Below, one piece after another: positions 19,363-28,066 of a stretch of DNA of 64,000 nucleotides; the first letter of the stretch is position 1; every line of letters begins with the position of its first letter. The translations under genes and the position numbers were made by a program. The notes beneath the pieces are model-generated. The model saw nothing but the letters and a program-made list of their open reading frames with translations. It was not told where the DNA came from and made no database searches. The DNA is from a bacterium (lineage in GTDB: Bacteria; Patescibacteriota; Saccharimonadia; Saccharimonadales; JAUPVS01), in contig JAKOXV010000024.1 of the NCBI GenBank assembly GCA_029780855.1, positions 43,275 to 107,274 on the forward strand. The letters run 5' to 3'.

Positions 19363-20532
19363 GTGCGTATGAAAAAGCTACCAACTAGATTCATGGGGGC
19401 AGCTTTGCTCCTCGTGTTGCCTCTACTACTGCTTGTCGGTGTAGTGAGTGCTCAAACAATTAAAACAGGAAACAACGCTACCGTCCCCTCTGGGAAAGTA
19501 GTGAACAGCACACTTTTTAGCGCCGGGAATAACGTAGACATCGCCGGAACAGTAAACGGCGATGTTTTTTGTGCCGGCCAAACCGTGACTGTGAGCGGTA
19601 CGGTAAACGGAGATGTGATCTGTGCCGGTCAAACGGTAACCATCAGCGGTAAGGTGAATGGTAATGTACGGGTAGCTGGCCAGAGTGTCACTATTAGCGC
19701 TCAGGTTGCTCGTAATGCTACGGTGGGCGCGCAGTCATTTATTTTGAGTGATAGTGCATCAGTCAACGACCTCATGGGAGCAGCGACGTCCTGCACCATA
19801 AACGGTACCGTACAGCGTGATTACGGAATGGCTTCAGATACCGCCACTATAGCCGGTACGGTAGAGCGGGATGTGAACGGTGCGGTAACCAATCTAACCC
19901 TCACCAGCACCGCTAAAGTCGGTGGCAGTATTACGTACACCAGCGCCAACGATGCCGATGTAACGAAAGGTGCTGTTATCGGTGGTTCGATCACCAGAAA
20001 TGAACCAAAGACCCAAAATAACGCAAAGGTAAACTACACCGTCATTCCATACTTTGCAGCGTTCTTATGGCTGGCTTACATCTTTGTTGCGCTGCTCATA
20101 ATCGCCCTCGTGATGGTTCTCCTTTTCCCAACAATGTTCGAAGTAACCACGAGGCACGCTGTTAATCACCTAGGACGCACACTGCTGATTGGATTAGGGG
20201 CGGGAATTGTAGCCCCGGCGCTATTTATTGCCCTGATGCTCACCCTCATCGGCATTCCACTCGCACTACTGTTTGGCCTGGTATGGTTCCTCATTAATCT
20301 GGTTGCCCCAATATTTTCAGCGTATTTACTGGGTAAGAGTATCGGTCGCAATATCAAGCATGCAGTAGTGGTAATGTTGATTGGCGCATGTATTCTACTG
20401 GTTACGTACTTCATTCCGTTTGTCGGGTTCGTCACCCTCATTGTAGCTGAGTGGATAGGTATCGGCATGATCCTCACAGAATTAGGGCGACGCGTTTCAC
20501 GCCCCGAGTACAGCACTGACGTCAAGCGCTAG
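19363..20532 (+). CDS. Bactofilin-like beta-helix repeat protein with C-terminal membrane domain
   Basis: Signal peptide, repeats G.V.GDV..AGQ.V.I.G, several C-terminal TM helices. Confidence 0.75.
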   Translation: MRMKKLPTRFMGAALLLVLPLLLLVGVVSAQTIKTGNNATVPSGKVVNSTLFSAGNNVDIAGTVNGDVFCAGQTVTVSGTVNGDVICAGQTVTISGKVNGNVRVAGQSVTISAQVARNATVGAQSFILSDSASVNDLMGAATSCTINGTVQRDYGMASDTATIAGTVERDVNGAVTNLTLTSTAKVGGSITYTSANDADVTKGAVIGGSITRNEPKTQNNAKVNYTVIPYFAAFLWLAYIFVALLIIALVMVLLFPTMFEVTTRHAVNHLGRTLLIGLGAGIVAPALFIALMLTLIGIPLALLFGLVWFLINLVAPIFSAYLLGKSIGRNIKHAVVVMLIGACILLVTYFIPFVGFVTLIVAEWIGIGMILTELGRRVSRPEYSTDVKR

Positions 20533-20593
20533 TTTTGGAAGCAGTATCCGCTAATGGTATAGTGGTACCTAAGCAACAATAGTCGGGCACCGC

Positions 20594-21844
20594 ATGCATA
20601 TAAAAAAACTGAACCAGAACGGCTTCCATCTCATATACTTACTCTTGGTTTTGGCAGTTCTTGGAGTCATTGGTTTTGCGGGTTGGCGGGTTTACACTGT
20701 ACAGCAGCAAAACAAGGCGGCCCTTGCGAATGCCGATAAAATAAACCGTGATGATCCGTTCGTGAAACAGTACGGAAGTACGTGCAGCAACGTAGCGATT
20801 AGTTCATTTCCCAAATCCCCGATCGCTGTGGATCAGATCCGCTACATAGAGCCCATGGGCAAAATGTATGACGGGCATGTGACCCCGGTAGACCACGTAT
20901 ACATCTCACCCCTAGACCCAAACGCAGCCGACAACAGTTACTCGGTTGTTATGCCTGCAGATGGGAAAGTGGTAGAAATTAGTCGGATGCCTGATAGCTA
21001 CATCGGCGATCAGACAAACAGAACCGTCGCACCTGAAGACCATCGGATTGTCGTTTCGTTCAATTGTCGCTATTACGCGATTTTTATTCACGTTCATCAG
21101 CTATCCGACAAACTGGCTGCGGCTGTAACCGGTCTGCAGGCAGGGCAGAACAAGTCAACTGACATATCACTAAAGGCCGGAGACACCATTGGTAAGATTG
21201 GGGGTAATCCAGTTGATTGGACACTCGTAGATGTCAAAACTACCCTGGCCGGATTTATACACCCAGACAGTTACGAGAGAGAACCATGGAAGGTTCACTC
21301 CATAGATCCGTTCAGCGCCTATACGGATAGTTTAAAATCCCAGCTCCAGGCCAAGAGCTTACGCTCCGCGGTGCCAATAGGGGGTAAAATTGATTATGAC
21401 AAAGCGGGGACTCTGGCCGGGAACTGGTTCCGGCAAGGTACCAATGGGTACGCCGGAACAGACCCTAGCCGCTACTGGGACGGGCATCTTTCGATCGTTC
21501 CTGACTATATCGACCCCAATACCACAGTGGTTTCAATCGGTAACTGGCAAGGCACCGCAAAACAATTTGCTGTAAAGGGAGACGCCGATCCTTCGCAAGT
21601 TACCGTCAAAAACAGTCCCGTAAAGTATGAACTTATAGAACTTGGCTACGAAACGCCAACAGCTGCACCGTGGGATGGGAAAAGCCTTATAAAGGGGCTT
21701 AAAGTGTCACAGCGCGCAACACAAGTAGGCACCATCATGTTTGAAGTCCAGTCCGATGGCACGCTGAAAGTAGAGAAGTTTCCCGGCCTGAGCGCCGACC
21801 TAGTAAGTGCCTTTGGGGCCAATGCGCAAATATACGTTCGCTAA
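20594..21844 (+). CDS. Exported protein with pilin-like N-terminus, possible M23-like fold
   Basis: NQNGF-hydrophobic N-terminus; V.MPADGKV and LKAGDTIG motifs. Confidence 0.6.
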   Translation: MHIKKLNQNGFHLIYLLLVLAVLGVIGFAGWRVYTVQQQNKAALANADKINRDDPFVKQYGSTCSNVAISSFPKSPIAVDQIRYIEPMGKMYDGHVTPVDHVYISPLDPNAADNSYSVVMPADGKVVEISRMPDSYIGDQTNRTVAPEDHRIVVSFNCRYYAIFIHVHQLSDKLAAAVTGLQAGQNKSTDISLKAGDTIGKIGGNPVDWTLVDVKTTLAGFIHPDSYEREPWKVHSIDPFSAYTDSLKSQLQAKSLRSAVPIGGKIDYDKAGTLAGNWFRQGTNGYAGTDPSRYWDGHLSIVPDYIDPNTTVVSIGNWQGTAKQFAVKGDADPSQVTVKNSPVKYELIELGYETPTAAPWDGKSLIKGLKVSQRATQVGTIMFEVQSDGTLKVEKFPGLSADLVSAFGANAQIYVR

Positions 21845-22341
21845 AACAGTGGCTCGGCGCTGTCAGCAGAAAAGTCTAGTGCCTTCGCTGCATCCTGAGC
21901 TTGTGTAAGTAACTGCTTTCGCATTTCTGCAGCAGCATGGTCAGTACCTTCTACGGCTACTAATTGGGAGATTATGTTTCCATAGGAAACAGCCGCCGGT
22001 TGATCCAGCACAATACTGGTATAGAAGGGATCGTATTCAATATGTCTCATAGTATGTAACCTTTCTTTAGAATACTGTGTACGGGTAGTAGGTCTCAAAA
22101 AAAGGACCTCCAGAGAGCAAAAGAGTCCGGTGGACTCTTTTGTAGGCAAGAGCGAAGCGTCACTCGTTTTAGTTTCAAAAAAAGGACCTCCAGAGGGGGT
22201 GGGCACCGCTGGAGGTCCTATTATTGGGCTCGATAAATCGAGCCCACCACACCCTTCAACCCACCCCAGTGAAGCGTCGATGTCCAAAACTCTTAAAGAC
22301 TCGCGCATCCACCCATGAAGGGCAGAGTACTGGATACTCAC
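21841..22341 (-). CDS. Hypothetical protein
   Basis: 166-aa ORF filling the gap; no recognisable motif. Confidence 0.45.
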   Translation of the reverse strand: MSIQYSALHGWMRESLRVLDIDASLGWVEGCGGLDLSSPIIGPPAVPTPSGGPFFETKTSDASLLPTKESTGLFCSLEVLFLRPTTRTQYSKERLHTMRHIEYDPFYTSIVLDQPAAVSYGNIISQLVAVEGTDHAAAEMRKQLLTQAQDAAKALDFSADSAEPLF

Positions 22342-22643
22342 TTTGATATCGGGAAGTTAAAGGGGTTAGTATGCTTTAGAGCGCTTACAGTCATAGAATG
22401 ACCAAAACGCTAGAATAAGTGGAGGGTAACAACTTATACAGCACGCTCTAAAACACTCTAACAAATTGTTAGAATTTGGGGGTATAAGGTACGTAAACGT
22501 AATATTACGCTTACGGATTGCTATTTTAGCAATATTATGACTTTTGTCAATACTTTTTTGTGTTTTTAGCAACTATATTACACAAAACCATAAGCTTATT
22601 CTGGTATACTGACAGGGATAGCTGATAGGCAACTGAATACCAC

Positions 22644-23501
22644 ATGAAAGTTCGCACCCTAACCGCCAAATCTGGCACCATGCCGGCTCGCTTGTTACAG
22701 GTGAGCCCTCCTCCCAGCAAACTGTTTGTCCTGGGCGACACACTAGAATCGTTACTCAAAAAGCCGTGTTTGGCTGTTGTTGGTAGCAGAGCTGTCAGCC
22801 CTTATGGTCGACTGGTAACAACCGAGCTTGTGGAAGCAGCGGCCCGAGCGGGCGTTACCATCATAAGCGGTCTAGCACTTGGGGTGGACGGCCTAGCACA
22901 CTATGCCGCCTTGAACGCTCACGGGGGCACTATAGCAGTACTGCCGTCGCATGTGACAGAAGTGTATCCCGCCTCACACCGGCAGTTGGCTCAGCAGATA
23001 CTCCAAAATGGTGGGGTATTGGTGTCGGAATATCCTCCCGGGACGAATGCCCGCCGAGAGAATTTCATCGAGCGGAACAGATTAGTATCAGGTTTAGCAG
23101 ATGCCGTACTTATTACAGAAGCAGCCGAAAAGAGCGGCACGCTCCATACCGCCCGCTTTGCATTAGAGCAGGGAAGAGATGTCTTGGTAGTACCCGGGAA
23201 TATCAACAGCCCAAATAGCAAGGGGACGAATACCCTCCTAAAGGCAGGTGCCGAACCCATAACGTGTCCAGAGGACATACTCGGGCACTTTAACATCCAC
23301 GAAACAACAGAACAGATGGAGCTCATTGGTAATAATGCTGAGGAGCAGGTTATTTTGGATCTACTACGGCAAGGTGTAACCGATGCTAGTGAACTCCATG
23401 CCCTCAGCAAGCTCGCTACCCATACGTTTAATCAGACCCTTACCATGCTAGAAATCTCTGGCAGGATTAAACCATCTGCTGGTAACTGGTATCTGTTATA
23501 G
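22644..23501 (+). CDS. dprA: DNA-processing protein DprA
   Basis: AVVGSR, SGLALGVDG.AH, SEYPPG, RNRLVSGL, SGTLHTA. Confidence 0.96.
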   Translation: MKVRTLTAKSGTMPARLLQVSPPPSKLFVLGDTLESLLKKPCLAVVGSRAVSPYGRLVTTELVEAAARAGVTIISGLALGVDGLAHYAALNAHGGTIAVLPSHVTEVYPASHRQLAQQILQNGGVLVSEYPPGTNARRENFIERNRLVSGLADAVLITEAAEKSGTLHTARFALEQGRDVLVVPGNINSPNSKGTNTLLKAGAEPITCPEDILGHFNIHETTEQMELIGNNAEEQVILDLLRQGVTDASELHALSKLATHTFNQTLTMLEISGRIKPSAGNWYLL

Positions 23502-23504
23502 TCT

Positions 23505-23532
23505 TGTATAATTATCGATAATATGCTATAAT
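23505..23532 (+). promoter_or_regulatory. sigma70-type promoter, cassette A
   Basis: TTGTAT...TGCTATAAT (extended -10). Confidence 0.65.
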
Positions 23533-23580
23533 TAGCTAGTTTTAGCAAATTGCTGGAACGCACCTGAACAAGGAGTAGAT

Positions 23581-24006
23581 ATGTACAAGCGGTATGTGAT
23601 CGCCGCCCTGGTGTTCTTTGCGCTCATCATGGTTGGGGCCGGCTTCGTCGCCAACAACGACCCGTTTGACACGGGAAGCCCGTGGATGAACTGGCTGACC
23701 CTGAGCGTTGGTGGTTTCATCGGCGTGTTCATCGCCCTGATGACCTTCATCGGCTCTTGGGAGTCGAAGGGAATCTCCGATGAAGGCGAACGTTGGGTGG
23801 TCTTCTGTGTCAGCGTGGTTGGAACGGCGTTCTTCGGAGCCATGATCGTGGGGATCATCCTGGATGGCGCCTCAGATACGTCAGCCCATCTCGGATGGAC
23901 GACCTACGGTGTCTCCCTGATCCTCATGAACGTGGCCTACCTGGTCATGTACCTGATGCCGGAGCCCAAGTCCGCCGATGCCCTCAGCCTGCACCGAGCC
24001 GCGTAG
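23581..24006 (+). CDS. GC-rich four-TM membrane protein (cassette A)
   Basis: AAGGAG RBS; four hydrophobic segments; third codon positions mostly G/C. Confidence 0.8.
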   Translation: MYKRYVIAALVFFALIMVGAGFVANNDPFDTGSPWMNWLTLSVGGFIGVFIALMTFIGSWESKGISDEGERWVVFCVSVVGTAFFGAMIVGIILDGASDTSAHLGWTTYGVSLILMNVAYLVMYLMPEPKSADALSLHRAA

Positions 24007-24092
24007 GACCATGTCGCCGGAGCCGGGGAAATCTTTCTAACGTCGATGACGTTATGAAACCCCGGCTCCCACCTTTCTCCTTGTTCAATTTT

Positions 24093-24143
24093 CGCTTCCA
24101 TAACTGTGTAGTTATGCTGATGAGTCCAAAAGGACGAAAAGCG
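24093..24143 (+). ncRNA. Type III hammerhead ribozyme, copy 1 (predicted cut after C24098)
   Basis: Stem III CGCT/AGCG, UUC triplet, stem I CATAAC/GTTATG, CTGATGA, stem II GTCC-AAAA-GGAC, GAAA. Confidence 0.93.
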
Positions 24144-24151
24144 TAAGAATA

Positions 24152-24180
24152 TTGACTTATTTACAATTTTAGTATAAAAT
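24152..24180 (+). promoter_or_regulatory. sigma70-type promoter, cassette B
   Basis: TTGACT-17 nt-TAAAAT. Confidence 0.7.
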
Positions 24181-24444
24181 ACTGTAGTCACAACCAGTGA
24201 CACATCAAGAAGCAGAACCTTTACACCACATACCCAACCAGAAAGGAGCCTTTGGCTCTCTAGTAGTACCAAGGTAAAACCGCACAAATTATACTCTCGG
24301 ATAATTTGCACGGACCACTTGCTTTCCATAGGTGCCGTAGCGGCGCACATGGAAGAAGCAGATGTGAAGAGGAGTGGATACGAATCTTCACCTGCTACAT
24401 GCTACACCTGGCAATACCCCATTGGCCGAGAGGAGAAGATCCCG

Positions 24445-24642
24445 ATGGGTAAGCGGTACACTCTACGTTGCGGATCCCCGCGACCCCAGTTCCGTAACTG
24501 GGAGATCGTGTGGGAGATGCACGGCACCGTCCACTTCTGCACCGTGCAGCTCTCCGTCCGCATTACCGAACCGGAGCTGGTGCGCGCTGCTGCAGACGTG
24601 CCTGACGAGGCCGAGGCCTACATCGTGCCCTTGCTGGCATAG
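24445..24642 (+). CDS. GC-rich 65-aa hypothetical protein (cassette B)
   Basis: GAGGAG RBS upstream of ATG 24445; GC3-rich codons begin here. Confidence 0.6.
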   Translation: MGKRYTLRCGSPRPQFRNWEIVWEMHGTVHFCTVQLSVRITEPELVRAAADVPDEAEAYIVPLLA

Positions 24643-24804
24643 ATCAAGCCTACGTGCGAGAGAGAAACGAGTACGGAAACTCGTAAAAAATCCTGTAATA
24701 CTTCGGGGAAGTTCCGGAGCGCCTCCGTTTCAGTGTGTTCGTGCACGATTCGGCCAAAGCGGTCAACTATACCTTTCTCTCTATTCTTCTGCTTCTTGAT
24801 ACAC

Positions 24805-24857
24805 ACGCTTCCATAACTGTGTAGTTATGCTGATGAGTCCAAAAGGACGAAAAGCGT
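24805..24857 (+). ncRNA. Type III hammerhead ribozyme, copy 2 (predicted cut after C24811)
   Basis: Identical to copy 1 over 51 nt; stem III extended to ACGCT/AGCGT. Confidence 0.93.
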
Positions 24858-24860
24858 ATA

Positions 24861-25046
24861 ATGAAAACTGAAATGGAAACAAAACATCTCATATATATAA
24901 TGGTGGCAATATTTTCTACTCTTGGTGGATGGCTCGGTGGCATCATGGACCACGGTAATTTCTTGGGGATGTGGAGTATATTGCTGGCTGGTATAGGCGG
25001 TTTTGTAGGCGTATACGTAGGCTACAAGATCGGTAACAATACCTAA
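24861..25046 (+). CDS. Small two-TM Gly-rich membrane protein
   Basis: Two hydrophobic Gly-rich helices. Confidence 0.6.
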   Translation: MKTEMETKHLIYIMVAIFSTLGGWLGGIMDHGNFLGMWSILLAGIGGFVGVYVGYKIGNNT

Positions 25047-25129
25047 ACTGCAGTTTGCTTTTATACACAACTTGCCGTAAGCTCTTAGTTTGTTACTAAA
25101 ATAAGTACGGTATACTACCCATTACGCAT

Positions 25130-27421
25130 ATGGCAAAAAATCTCGTTATTGTTGAAAGCCCCGCTAAAGCCAAGACTATAGAAAAGTACTTAGGCAAAGA
25201 CTACGTTGTTAAAAGCAGCTTTGGTCATATTCGTGATTTACCCAAAAAGGGAATTAGTATTGCTATCGATAAGGGGTTTGAACCGACCTATGAAGTTAGC
25301 AGTGATAAGAAAAAAGTTGTAGCCGAACTTAAGAAGCTTGCTAAAACAGCCGAAAACGTCTGGCTAGCAAGTGACGAAGACCGCGAAGGAGAGGCAATTG
25401 CCTGGCATTTATGCAAGGCGCTCGGATTAGATGATAAAACGACTAAGCGCATTGTCTTCCATGAGATAACCAAACCAGCCATTTTGAGCGCCATAGAGCA
25501 GCCTAGAACAGTAGATAAAGACCTCGTTGATGCCCAACAGGCTCGCCGTGTTCTAGACCGTTTAGTCGGCTATGAGCTTTCACCGGTACTTTGGAAAAAA
25601 GTACGGACTGGTTTGAGCGCTGGCCGCGTACAATCCGTCGCAGTACGATTGATTGTGGAACGTGAACGAGAAATAAAGGATTTTAACCCTGAAGTTAGTT
25701 ACAAGGTAACGGGGCTATTTGACGCCAAAGGCACCGAACTCCCCGCTGAACTACCGAATAAGCTCGCCGATGAAGTAGCCGCGACGGCATTCTTAGAAGA
25801 CTGCAAACATGCAACATTTAGCGTCTCAGCAATTGAAGCAAAGCCAGGCACCCGCAACCCTAGTGCTCCATTCACTACCAGCAGTCTCCAGCAAGAAGCC
25901 GCCCGCAAGCTTGGCTATTCCGTACGCCAAACTATGACCCTGGCACAGCGGCTGTATGAAAATGGACACATTACCTATATGCGTACCGACAGTACCAACC
26001 TAGCCGGTCAGGCGATTGCCGCCGCCGAAGCCTATATCCAGAAAAACTTCGGTAAGGAGTACCATCAGGTTCGCCAGTATAAAACCAAAGCTGCCGGTGC
26101 ACAGGAAGCGCACGAAGCGATTCGCCCAACCGACTTTGCAGTAACGAGCGCAGGATCAGATGCGCAGCAGAAAAAGCTCTATGAACTCATCTGGAAGCGA
26201 ACGCTTGCGAGCCAGATGGCTCCCGCTAAAATCGAACGGACAGAGGTGAGCATTTCACTATCAAACCGGACCGAAACATTGCTCGCAAAAGGGGAAGTTT
26301 TAACGTTCGACGGCTTCATTAAGGTGTACGGAGGCGGCAAAGACGACACTATCCTACCGCCAATGGGACAAGGCCAGGATCTGCCGCTTGTAAGCATGAA
26401 GGCTACCCAATCATTCAGTAAACCAGCAGCCCGGTATTCTGAGGCAAGCTTGGTGAAGAAGCTAGAAGACTTAGGTATCGGCCGCCCAAGTACCTACGCG
26501 CCGACCATCAGCACCATTCAAACCCGCGGGTACGTCGAGAAAAGTGATCTGGAGGGAACCGAGCGTACCGTTCGAGAACTTACACTTATGAAGGGAAGCA
26601 TCACCACCTCTGATAGAACAGAGGTGACCGGTGCCGACAAAAACAAACTGCTACCAACCCACATCGCTGAGATGACAACCGATTTCTTGGTTAAGCATTT
26701 TGCGTCGATTGTCGATTACGATTTCACCGCAAAGGCCGAAAAAGGGTTCGACGATATCGCCGATGGCAAAGAGAAGTGGAACACCATGATCGCCGATTTT
26801 TATAAAGATTTTCATCCCCTTATTGATAAAGCAGCAGATGTTTCCCGCGAGGAGACTTCACAGGCAAGGGAGCTCGGAAAAGACCCTAAAAGCGGTAAGC
26901 CGGTGATAGCCCGTTATGGCCGATACGGCGCCATGCTACAGATTGGTGAAGCAGAAGACGAGGAAAAGCCTCGATTTGCGCCATTGCCAGATGGAGCGAC
27001 CCTAGAAACGGTCACCTATGACCAAGCCATGGAAATGTTCAAACTACCCCGCACGGTAGGAAAAACCGAAGACGGAGAAGACATTAAGGCAAACGTGGGA
27101 CGGTTTGGTCCCTACATTCAGGTCGGTAAATTGTTTGTATCAATAAAAGGTCAGGATCCACTCACTATTACCGAAGCAGAGGCGCGCCAAGCTTACGGCG
27201 AAAAGCTCAAAAAAGACGCCGATAAGTACATAGCTGAATTTGATAGTGGCATAAAGATTGTAAATGGCCCCTATGGACCGTACATCACAAACGGCAAAAA
27301 GAATGCCCGTATCCCTAAAGAAACCGATCCAAAAAAACTTTCAGAGGCCGAGTGCAAGGAAATACTCGACAAAGCTCCGGATAAAAAAAGACGCTTTACT
27401 CGTCGCAAAAAAACCAGCTAG
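25130..27421 (+). CDS. topA: DNA topoisomerase I
   Basis: VIVESPAKAKTI, D.DREGEAIAWH, SAGRVQS, ITYMRTDS, QEAHEAIRPT; C-terminal GRYG/GRFGPY repeats. Confidence 0.98.
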   Translation: MAKNLVIVESPAKAKTIEKYLGKDYVVKSSFGHIRDLPKKGISIAIDKGFEPTYEVSSDKKKVVAELKKLAKTAENVWLASDEDREGEAIAWHLCKALGLDDKTTKRIVFHEITKPAILSAIEQPRTVDKDLVDAQQARRVLDRLVGYELSPVLWKKVRTGLSAGRVQSVAVRLIVEREREIKDFNPEVSYKVTGLFDAKGTELPAELPNKLADEVAATAFLEDCKHATFSVSAIEAKPGTRNPSAPFTTSSLQQEAARKLGYSVRQTMTLAQRLYENGHITYMRTDSTNLAGQAIAAAEAYIQKNFGKEYHQVRQYKTKAAGAQEAHEAIRPTDFAVTSAGSDAQQKKLYELIWKRTLASQMAPAKIERTEVSISLSNRTETLLAKGEVLTFDGFIKVYGGGKDDTILPPMGQGQDLPLVSMKATQSFSKPAARYSEASLVKKLEDLGIGRPSTYAPTISTIQTRGYVEKSDLEGTERTVRELTLMKGSITTSDRTEVTGADKNKLLPTHIAEMTTDFLVKHFASIVDYDFTAKAEKGFDDIADGKEKWNTMIADFYKDFHPLIDKAADVSREETSQARELGKDPKSGKPVIARYGRYGAMLQIGEAEDEEKPRFAPLPDGATLETVTYDQAMEMFKLPRTVGKTEDGEDIKANVGRFGPYIQVGKLFVSIKGQDPLTITEAEARQAYGEKLKKDADKYIAEFDSGIKIVNGPYGPYITNGKKNARIPKETDPKKLSEAECKEILDKAPDKKRRFTRRKKTS

Positions 27422-27525
27422 CTCTCAAGCTTGTAAAATCATTCTACTCATGGCATAGTACAGATCTAGAGGAAAACCCTCTAGTGTACGCCATTACGTA
27501 CACGTTCGTACCTTAAGGGGGCAAA

Positions 27526-27936
27526 ATGGCGGAGCTGCAACAGAGCACCGAGGCACGGTTGAGCGAACTGATGTACCATCCGGATTCCCGGATACATAAT
27601 TGGGAAGACGAGGTCATGATGCTCGTGTACCGCCTGCTTGGTGAACATCAGCAGGCTACCTGGCGCGAGGCCGAACGGCACTACATGAACTGGTGGGCCA
27701 GCGCTCGGCATATCGACAAGAAGGATCTACAGCGCAGCATCGATTCTCTTCCGGGACTGTCGGTGCACATCAAAGCCGCTCTCCGTCGTGCACACATCAC
27801 CACCATCGGGATGCTTCTGTATCTGACAGATGAAGAGCTGCTGCAGGTCAAGAACATCGGTGAAGCACGCCTCAAGATCATCAATGAGGCTCTCAAGAAG
27901 ACCCGGCTGGCTCGCTACAAGCGGTCCGCACGATGA
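27526..27936 (+). CDS. GC-rich protein with stand-alone RNA polymerase alpha C-terminal domain (cassette C)
   Basis: SIDSLPGLSVHIKAALRRAHITTIGMLLYLTDEELLQVKNIGEARLKII matches the alpha-CTD pattern. Confidence 0.75.
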   Translation: MAELQQSTEARLSELMYHPDSRIHNWEDEVMMLVYRLLGEHQQATWREAERHYMNWWASARHIDKKDLQRSIDSLPGLSVHIKAALRRAHITTIGMLLYLTDEELLQVKNIGEARLKIINEALKKTRLARYKRSAR

Positions 27937-28031
27937 ATCACCTACCCATGGCCGGAGGGGCAAAACTACTCGAGGCGACACTGTCGCACCCCTCCGGCCC
28001 ACCCCTTAAGGTACACGTTTCAACCTCTCTA

Positions 28032-28060
28032 TTGACTTTTATTATAGATTTCTGGATAAT
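28032..28060 (+). promoter_or_regulatory. sigma70-type promoter, cassette D
   Basis: TTGACT-17 nt-GATAAT. Confidence 0.6.
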
Positions 28061-28066
28061 ATGTTG

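Noticed and set aside
24319..24444. Longer N-terminus for the cassette B ORF, and ORF 24374..24799
   Set aside because: GC3 bias and a good RBS start at 24445; the upstream part is hairpin-rich leader.
24093..24857. CRISPR array or IS/LTR ends for the 51-bp direct repeat
   Set aside because: Only two copies 713 nt apart, no cas or transposase; the sequence is fully explained as a hammerhead.
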